From: Vitrella brassicaformis CCMP3155
Lineage: Eukaryota > Protista > Chromerida
Assembly (NCBI GenBank): GCA_001179505.1
Contig: CDMY01000033.1
Span: 1-64,000, forward strand
Length of the DNA stretch: 64,000 nucleotides
Reading direction: 5' to 3'
The translations under genes and the position numbers were made by a program. Positions 21,106-28,848 of this stretch are shown here, in pieces (position 1 is the first letter of the stretch; every line of letters starts with the position of its first letter). The notes below the pieces were generated by a model. That model was not told the DNA's origin. It did no database searches and saw only the letters and a program-made list of their open reading frames with translations.

Positions 21106-22545
21106 TCAGGGGATGAACTCGTCATCGTCGTCTGGCTTCTTCCGTTTGCGTGGCCGGTGCCCTACGGCCTTGTCCATCTTGCTCGTCTTTGCCGGCCGTG
21201 GATCTTCGTCTGCCAGCTGCTTCTGGCGTCCCTTGGCTGGTCGTTTCTCGCTCCGTTGTGGCTGCGCCGGCTGGCTGCGTCGTGTGTCCCTCGGCACGCT
21301 GCCCCACATGGCGCCGTCGCGTCCGAGGGAGTTGTAGAAGCGGCGTGCGGTGTCGAAGGACGGCTTGCCGTACAGGCGCACCATGCTCGCGTCGATCCAG
21401 TCTGCGATGCGCTGGACGAAGTCCCTGGACGCCCCCTGCTCGAGCGCCCACGTCGCTCCTCCCTTACGGAAGGAGTGGGAGGCGAATCGGTCCAGCGGTG
21501 TGCCGCCGAATTCCTGCTGGTTCGCGTCGTGGAGAGCCTTCAGGGCCTTCCTGAGGGAGCTATTGAAGTGGTCGCCCGTCACAGGGTCGTCTCGCCACTC
21601 CCCGGCACTGACGTCCACGATGCGGAAGAGGTGCCCGGACCTCGGGGCCTTCTCCTTCCTGTCCAGGACCAGAACAGGGGAGGCGCATGTGGCTACTTGC
21701 CTCGTCTGGGCTTACAGAAAATCGCGAAGTGTCTGTCCCAGGTTAGGGAAGGCTGGGGGTTGCTCGGGGAGGGGCACAAGCAGGCCCTGTCCGTATGGGT
21801 CATTCTTCTGTTGTTTGACGTGCAGGCGGAAACCCTGGCCTCGCCCGAGGTCCGTCAGGTCGTCCCTCGTGAGTGCTGTCACCTCCGAGATCCGCCTCAT
21901 GCCGAAGAAGGCTATGAGGGCCATGATGCCGTTCCTCGTGGTGCCCAGCGCCCCATAGTTCAGCCAGTAGGGGATGAGCCGCTGGAGCACCTCCACTGGG
22001 AGTGGTTCCTTCGGCCGATACGAGGCGTCCAAGGTGCGGTGGAGCCCCTGCAGGAAGAGGCGCACCTGCGGCTCGGTGAAGGGGGGCGGGGGGTGGTTGT
22101 GCACCTTGTGCCACGCCTGAGTGGCCGACCGCAGCTGCTTCACCTGGGACCAGTGGCGGTCCTTTGCGAAGGCGGCGAAGGCCCAGATGGTCTTCTCGGG
22201 TGAGTCGAGTGGGAGGAATGACGGGAAGTCCTTCTCGGCGCGCTGCAGGACGCCCTCATACGCCTTCTGCGTCGATGGTGCCCAGACCGCCCCGAATGCC
22301 TTCCTGACCAGCTCGGCCACTTCCGACGCGTCGCTCGGTGCTTGGAGGCGGTCGCTTGACGTGCCTTTGACCGTGCAGAGGCACGGGATGGGGGCAGCGA
22401 GGGAGTGCGCCTGCATCTGGGTGGGTGCGATGGTGCCTGTCCCCCTGCAAACTGCGCACACCGGCGATGACCTGAGGGCGCATCCATGACACGGAGAGGG
22501 GAGTGATGAGCGACTGCATCTTGCTTCCTGGTATGCGTGCCGCAC
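21106..22545 (-). CDS. Tyrosine recombinase, two exons with a 57-nt intron at 21659-21715
   Basis: Catalytic set GMRRISE (R), QKND (K), SHSFRKGG (HxxR), IADW, VRLY (Y). The intron GTAAG...GGACAG contains the in-frame TAA. Confidence 0.9.
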
Positions 22546-22648
22546 TCATGCACATCGCCACGCACTTGCCCGGGCCCCTTATCGGTTGTATCATGTGTGT
22601 GTGCCTGCAGGTGGCTTGTCTGCCGCGTGTCCGGGCCATTGTGGCTGT

Positions 22649-22948
22649 NNNNNNNNNNNNNNNNNNNNNNNNNNNNNNNNNNNNNNNNNNNNNNNNNNNN
22701 NNNNNNNNNNNNNNNNNNNNNNNNNNNNNNNNNNNNNNNNNNNNNNNNNNNNNNNNNNNNNNNNNNNNNNNNNNNNNNNNNNNNNNNNNNNNNNNNNNNN
22801 NNNNNNNNNNNNNNNNNNNNNNNNNNNNNNNNNNNNNNNNNNNNNNNNNNNNNNNNNNNNNNNNNNNNNNNNNNNNNNNNNNNNNNNNNNNNNNNNNNNN
22901 NNNNNNNNNNNNNNNNNNNNNNNNNNNNNNNNNNNNNNNNNNNNNNNN
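22649..22948. other. Assembly gap (300 N) between overlapping contig ends
   Basis: The about 880 bp on either side are near-identical (offset 1180 = 880 + 300). Confidence 0.95.
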
Positions 22949-23725
22949 GAGGGGCACAAGCAGGCCCTGTCCGTATGGGTCATTCTTCTGTTGTTTGACG
23001 TGCAGGCGGAAACCCTGGCCTCGCCCGAGGTCCGTCAGGTCGTCCCTCGTGAGTGCTGTCACCTCCGAGATCCGCCTCATGCCGAAGAAGGCTATGAGGG
23101 CCATGATGCCGTTCCTCGTGGTGCCCAGCGCCCCATAGTTCAGCCAGAAGGGGATGAGCCGCTGCAGCACCTCCACTGGGAGTGGTTTCTTCGGCCGATA
23201 CGAGGCGTCCAAGGTGCGGTGGAGCCCCTGCAGGAAGAGGCGCACCTGCGGCTTGGTGAAGGGGGGCGGGGGGTGGTTGTGCACCTTGTGCCACGCCTGA
23301 GTGGCCGACCGCAGCTGCTTCACCTGGGACCAGTGGCGGTCCTTTGCGAAGGCGGCGAAGGCCCAGATGGTCTTCTCGGGTGAGTCGAGTGGGAGGAATG
23401 ACGGGAAGTCCTTCTCGGCGCGCTGCAGGACGCCCTCATACGCCTTCTGCGTCGATGGTGCCCAGACCGCCCCGAATGCCTTCCTGACCAGCTCGGCCAC
23501 TTCCGACGCGTCGCTCGGTGCTTGGAGGCGGTCGCTTGACGTGCCTTTGACCGTGCAGAGGCACGGGATGGGGGCAGCGAGGGAGTGCGCCTGCATCTGG
23601 GTGGGTGCGATGGTGCCTGTCCCCCTGCAAACTGCGCACACCGGCGATGACCTGAGGGCGCATCCATGACACGGAGAGGGGAGTGATGAGCGACTGCATC
23701 TTGCTTCCTGGTATGCGTGCCGCAC
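22949..23725 (-). CDS. Second copy of the YR 5' portion (4 SNPs versus 21771-22545)
   Basis: Same peptide with TKPQ/TEPQ, RPKK/RPKE and IPFW/IPYW differences. Confidence 0.8.
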
Positions 23726-23970
23726 TCATGCACATCGCCACGCACTTGCCCGGGCCCCTTATCGGTTGTATCATGTGTGTGTGCCTGCAGGTGGCTTGTC
23801 TGCCGCGTGTCCGGGCCATTGTGGCTGTCGTCACATTCACGTGCCATGCGCAGTCCCTGTGTGAGTATCATTGTGGCCATCGCCATACTCATGTGTCAGT
23901 CGCGGTTCATGCACGAGGTGCTGTGGCTACCGTCATGATTCCTATGTGACCTGCCGTCACCGCCAACACT

Positions 23971-25167
23971 CTACGACTCGCTGCCCCTCGTGTGTCCGGA
24001 CAGGTAAAGCACGACCATGGGGAACGGGGCGGGTTGGCGAAAGTGCCATTGTGCATCAGACGACTCCTGTGCTTCTGACGCTGTCAGTAGGGTGTTCACT
24101 ACTCGTGCTCCTCGGGCCCAGCTACGCGCGACCTTGAAGCGTGAGTGCCGACTGTAGGCGCTGCGGACGGCCTCTACGCGGTCGCGGTGGCCGACAACCA
24201 CGACCGTCTGACGGTGGTGGAAGAACCACTCCATGGCCGCATCCATGGCCGCCAGCGTCTCGGCGGGGGTGGGTGTGAAGACTGCTGGGCCCCCGGCGTG
24301 CATGCTGGGGCCTCCCTCGGCTGCTGCTGTGTGGTGTTGGGCCGTCAAGGCCAATTGAGGGGACGGGCAGAAGAAGTGGTGCTCGCAGCGGATATGCAGG
24401 CGCCTCTGCAGGGCTGACCACGACCTGGCCGTCAGGCGGTGGGGCACGTCGCTTGACGGCTCGGCCAACCGCGACTGGGCGTCGGCCGCCTGGTTGTGTT
24501 CGCCCGGTATGTGGTGGGCGAGCAGCTGACCCGCGTCCACCGCCCTGAAGAGCTCGCTCAGCACACGCATGGGGCCCGGGAAGGCGCTATGGCGGTGGTT
24601 GACCCAGCCTACTGCTGCCGCGTTGTCCGAGCGGATCAGAATGAGGTGCGACCCCCACTCTCTCGCCCATCGCTGGGCCGCAAACAGGATGGCGAGCAGC
24701 TCGCGGAAGTTGATGGAGGTGTGGTGGGGTGACAGCCGTGCTGACCACCTCCCACTGATCGACCGATCGCCCCACACGGCGCCCCACCCTGCGTCACTGG
24801 CGTCCGTGTACACGATCCGGATGGCGGGGTCGGTGGGGAGGGGGCGGGATGGGTGTTCCGCCAGGTGCGGGAAGAGCTGGAGGGGCCGCATGGCCGCCTC
24901 CCAGAGGAAGGCTCGGCCCTCGGCGGACCACTGCAGCTGGCGGCTGGGTGGAGTTGGCGCAGAGAGGAGGGCACGCCACCAGGCCACGTCTATCCACATG
25001 GGGCTATCCGGGGGAACCTTGACCGTCGCCCCCTGCAGCCGCGGGTAGGCGGAGCCCGCCTTCCGCCGCAGCTCGTCGTATCGGCGCGACGTCACCGTCC
25101 AGGCGTTGCGCAGCTTATGGGAGCCGAGGGGGTGCAGGATCGCCACGTGGTTCAGCCGACCTGTCAC
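23971..25167 (-). CDS. DIRS-type RNase H followed by a degenerate methyltransferase-like domain
   Basis: YTDASDAGWG, INFRELLAI, IRSDNAAAV, HIPGEHNQAADAQSR; the downstream region occupies the position of the DIRS MT domain. Confidence 0.88.
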   Translation of the reverse strand: MTGRLNHVAILHPLGSHKLRNAWTVTSRRYDELRRKAGSAYPRLQGATVKVPPDSPMWIDVAWWRALLSAPTPPSRQLQWSAEGRAFLWEAAMRPLQLFPHLAEHPSRPLPTDPAIRIVYTDASDAGWGAVWGDRSISGRWSARLSPHHTSINFRELLAILFAAQRWAREWGSHLILIRSDNAAAVGWVNHRHSAFPGPMRVLSELFRAVDAGQLLAHHIPGEHNQAADAQSRLAEPSSDVPHRLTARSWSALQRRLHIRCEHHFFCPSPQLALTAQHHTAAAEGGPSMHAGGPAVFTPTPAETLAAMDAAMEWFFHHRQTVVVVGHRDRVEAVRSAYSRHSRFKVARSWARGARVVNTLLTASEAQESSDAQWHFRQPAPFPMVVLYLSGHTRGSES

Positions 25168-26234
25168 CGCAGCAGCACCTGCAGGGGTATCTCGTCGCTG
25201 GTGCTTCGGTGGCTCTCGAGCTCGTCGAGTGAGGCGAGGGTGCGTCGACGCTTCGCCTCCGTGATGGAAATCATGCCCGTGAGTGAGTCGAAGACGATGC
25301 GTCCGAACTCCAGGGCCTGCTTGGGGCCCTCTGCCTTGCCCTCGTGCTCTTCGACGCCGCTATCGGCAATGCACGTCTGGAGCACCTGCTTGCCCTGGGC
25401 GCAGACCTCGAACGACGGCCCTATCACCAGCCAGTCATCGATATAGCAGAGGAAGGCAGCATCTGTCCGTTGGGACACGGCCTCTCTCACGGCCTCCATG
25501 CTCTTGACGAAGAGATATGGTGCGCTGCTGACCCCGAATGGGAGGTAGCGGTAGCGATAGAACTGCTGCGTCTGCGGATGTTGGAAGCCCAGCAGGTCGC
25601 ACTCTTCCGGCGCCACCGGCAGGTGCAGATACGCGTCTCGCACGTCGATCTTGGCCATGTAGCAGCCCCGCGAGATGGAGGCTATCGTGTCCGCCACTGA
25701 TGGCAGTGTGAAGTGGGGGGTCAGGAGGGAGGCGTTGAGGCCCGACGCCCTGCAGTCGAGGATCAGACGGACCTTCGTCTTGGTGTCGCCTGGGTCTCTC
25801 TTCTTCTCCACCGCCCCAAGCGGGTTGACGATGAAGGGGCGGTGGGTGCATGGCTCGACGAAGCCCTTGGTGATGAGACGCGTGAGTTCCGCCAGCACCG
25901 CCTCCCAGAAGTCGAAGAGCGAGTCGTAATTGCCCCGGTGCAAGGGTTTGAGTGGTCGAAAGATGAGAAGATCGACGCCTCTCTCCCAGTCGCTGACGAC
26001 CGTCTCATTGACGCCCCACGCCCGGGCTCTGGGTGGCCGCAGGCGGCCGCCTGCCGTCCAGGCTGAGATGCGGTGTGCTGTGGGCGGGTGCCACGACGAC
26101 CGCCCCAGCCCTTGAGCGAAGTTTTGGATGTGCATGCTGCTTTCCAGTGATTTCCGGAGTGCATCGTGCGTGCCGTCTGTGTCGTTGTTTGAGCCCGTGG
26201 ATTGCTCAGTCGATTGGATGGAAACTGAGGGCAC
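25164..26234 (-). CDS. DIRS-type reverse transcriptase, frameshifted from RNase H at about 25165
   Basis: KVRLILDCR, KIDVRDAYLHLP, YRYLPFGVSSAPYLF, YIDD. Confidence 0.93.
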   Translation of the reverse strand: MPSVSIQSTEQSTGSNNDTDGTHDALRKSLESSMHIQNFAQGLGRSSWHPPTAHRISAWTAGGRLRPPRARAWGVNETVVSDWERGVDLLIFRPLKPLHRGNYDSLFDFWEAVLAELTRLITKGFVEPCTHRPFIVNPLGAVEKKRDPGDTKTKVRLILDCRASGLNASLLTPHFTLPSVADTIASISRGCYMAKIDVRDAYLHLPVAPEECDLLGFQHPQTQQFYRYRYLPFGVSSAPYLFVKSMEAVREAVSQRTDAAFLCYIDDWLVIGPSFEVCAQGKQVLQTCIADSGVEEHEGKAEGPKQALEFGRIVFDSLTGMISITEAKRRRTLASLDELESHRSTSDEIPLQVLLR

Positions 26235-26380
26235 AGTGGACAGGCAGACGAGCCCGCATTCGTGTCATTAAAGCATAAAGCAATCGGTGTCTCGCCCCAT
26301 GCAGAGTCTCGCTGACGCACGACGACTGGCTCGACTGAGCTATTGGGCAATGCTACTCAGAGCCTAACAGATGTCGCTGA

Positions 26381-28208
26381 CTACAGGCCCGTGCGCTGCC
26401 TCTTACTCTGCCGCGGGGCGTTCGGGCAGTCTTTGCGCAGATGGTAGGCCGTGATGCCCAGTCCCTCGCAGACGGCGCAGGAGAGGATGATCGGCCGCGG
26501 GCACTTCGTGACGTGGTGCCCCTGGAGCTCTTTCGGGTCCGTGATCTTGCCCTGACGTGGGCAAACCCACACACACACACACGCAGCGATGAGACCAGGT
26601 GACGGTCTGCCTGTGCTGTGGTGCCTTGCGTACCTGGATGAGGTACTGCAGGCAGTTGTTGCATGAAAGAGTCTTGTCCACCGTGCGGCACGGGACTGCC
26701 ACCGGTTGGTGCACCGGGGGTGCCGCTGGCTGATGTGCCGGGGCGGCGGGGGGGCGCTGCTGGCCCGAGTGAGAGCTGGCCGCTACCGCGCGATTGACGA
26801 ATGCGGGGGCACTGCAGGTCAGACAGGGGAAGACAAATACATACACATACAATACACACCCTCATACACACTTCCATGCACACACACACACACACACCCC
26901 ACCCCACCCACCCCTCCCTTTTTCTCTTTCCTTACCCGTGTTGTGCCGATGCTGCTGCTGCTACTGCTGCTGCCGATGGTGCGGGTGGGGGTGGCTGTGC
27001 GGGGCTGAGGTGTGTGGGCTGGCGGATCTGCTGTTGTAGGATGCTGATCTGGCTGGTCACCTGCCGCAGTTCGCCGCTCAATGCCGGGACGGCGCGCGCG
27101 ACGAGGTAGAGGGGTGGCGGGGGGGCCACCCGCTGGCCAAGGTGCTTGGCCAGGGGCTCGCGCAGAATGTCGTCGACGCCGGGGAGCTCGAAGTATCCCC
27201 TGCTGCCGTCCCCCCCCCTAGCACCGGCATCTTGGCCTCCTGCGCCACGTCCTGCATTGTCTTGACGAATCGATGCACCTGCAGGTAGATCTGGCGGTCC
27301 TCTCCCTCGTCTGCCGTCGCCGTGTTGTCCTTCACGGTCATGAGCGCCGTCCACAGCTGTGATGAGGTGATGTCCTTCAGTTGGATGCGGGTGCTGCCCC
27401 CTTTGATGGTGAGCTGGTCGTCCGCGCCCCTCTCGAACGAGAGAGACGGAAGGGGGAGCTGGTCGGCGAGGGCGGTCACCATGCGCTGCGCCAGCTTGCT
27501 GCCCTCGGCGAATGGGGATTGGATCTGCTTGGTGAGCTGCTGCTGCGCCGCCTCGAAGGTCCCTATCCGCTGATCCAGCCCGCCCAGCCGCCCGCCGATG
27601 GACACCATGCCCTGCGTCATCTGTTGCTTCAAGTCGTCGAGCTCCCTCGCCAACATCTCCAACTTCTGGCACCGCTCGATGTCTCCATCCGCCCCTCCGC
27701 CCCCTCCCCCCAGATCCCCCCGCCCCCTCCCCTGCTGCCGGTCCTCCTCCTGGATCTCGTCCTCTCCCTCCTCCAGATCTACCTCTACAGCCTCCGCCCG
27801 CCTCGACTTTTTCTTCTTCTTTTTCTTCTTCTCGGCCCCGTCCTTTGCCTTGGCCTTGGCCCTGGACGCTGCCGGTGTCCCCGCGCCCCCCTCGCCCTGG
27901 ATCTCCTCATCCTCCATGTCGGCTGCGATGTCATCGTCCGCGAAGCCCTGTCGCCTCTGGGCGTCGATGATCTCGTCCTCTATGTGGGAGATCTGGTCCT
28001 GCAGCAGCTGCTCCAGCTCCTCCTCGCCGAGATCGAGGTCGCGCAGCTGGTTATTGAGGGCGGCCTTCAGATGCTGCCCAACACGCACCCGCTGGCCAAG
28101 ATCTTCCAGATCACCCAAGCTAAAGAAGGCCGGTAGGTCGCCGGTGTCGACGCCAGACCAGTCGAAATTGGCCTTCTTGAATTTGAAGGCGTTGCGGGTT
28201 CTCGCCAT
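26381..28208 (-). CDS. Gag-like protein, 3 exons (28208-26936, 26811-26634, 26551-26381), two C-terminal CCHC-like knuckles; one indel in a G9 run at 27210-27218
   Basis: ATG directly downstream of A1. Introns GTAAG..CTGCAG (124 nt) and GTACGC..GTCAG (82 nt) join in frame to give CNNC...HHVTKC and CAVC...HLRKDC. Confidence 0.82.
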
Positions 28209-28298
28209 GGTGGGGAAAGGCCACGCCGCTGACGACGGAAAGGGATGGGAAAGGGTGGCTACGGGGAGGCCGGGGTGGCTGCGGTGGATGCGACCTTC

Positions 28299-28514
28299 AA
28301 AACCAAAACATCATCAACACCACAGTGCGCGTCCACACGCGGACGTGGACGCGCCATCAACGCGAGCCCGGCATCTGGGCCAAGGATCGCCCGGCGGCTC
28401 GCACTCGCGAGGGCAGGCTGCGAGTGCGAGAGGGAGTGCGAGAGGGAGCCCTCACCGCTCACGCTCCGCTCGGGGGATCCTACGCCACCGAACGAGACGT
28501 CCTCAAGGCTCCGA
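28299..28514 (-). repeat. Split direct repeat A1 (5' end of the YR element)
   Basis: Near-identical to A2; similarity ends abruptly at 28514. Confidence 0.95.
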
Positions 28515-28848
28515 GAGTTCCTGCATCCTGCGGCCACAGAGTCACATCGTCAACGACACGAGAATGGCCGGCGCCGGTCGGATGCTGGTGCCTTTTGGCC
28601 GGCCCTTCCGCCACAATGGATAGAGAGGCGTCAGGGTCTGTGTGGATCGGTGGCGGTGGACGCCCCCCTCGCTCTCTCCCGCGCGTTGTTGTCGCGTGCG
28701 TCGGTTCGGAACGGGATTCACACATTAAGTATTTCAAGGCTTGTGTGTGCCAAGTTGTTCGCCAGCCCCCACACCACAAATCCAATGACCCCGCGACTCG
28801 CCATATATCCCTGGTCAACAGATGCATCCCTCTGCTACACCCTGATAG

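Larger units (their letters stand above)
20289..28514 (-). mobile_element. Tyrosine-recombinase retrotransposon (DIRS order, PAT/Ngaro-type split direct repeats): A1 - gag - RT - RNase H - MT-like - YR - B1 - A2 - B2
   Basis: A1 28299-28514 matches A2 20380-20595 (3 substitutions in about 215 bp). B1 20596-20780 matches partial B2 20289-20342. ORFs show DIRS-type RT, RNase H and YR motifs. May be chimeric across the 22649 gap. Confidence 0.93.

Noticed and set aside
21769-23828. Apparent tandem duplication of the YR gene
   Set aside because: The offset (1180) equals the overlap (880) plus the fixed 300-N gap. Most likely unmerged contig ends from two alleles or copies (4 SNPs), not a real tandem.
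27210-27218. Programmed ribosomal frameshift in gag
   Set aside because: The frame break is in a G9 homopolymer, better explained by a sequencing or slippage indel; not a canonical slippery heptamer.
17040-28600. Whole 17135-28514 block as one insertion, with flanks rejoining into an open frame
   Set aside because: A1 pairs with A2 at 20.4 kb, while the 17-kb repeats are a different subfamily; three gaps intervene, and the rejoined frame has no recognisable product.
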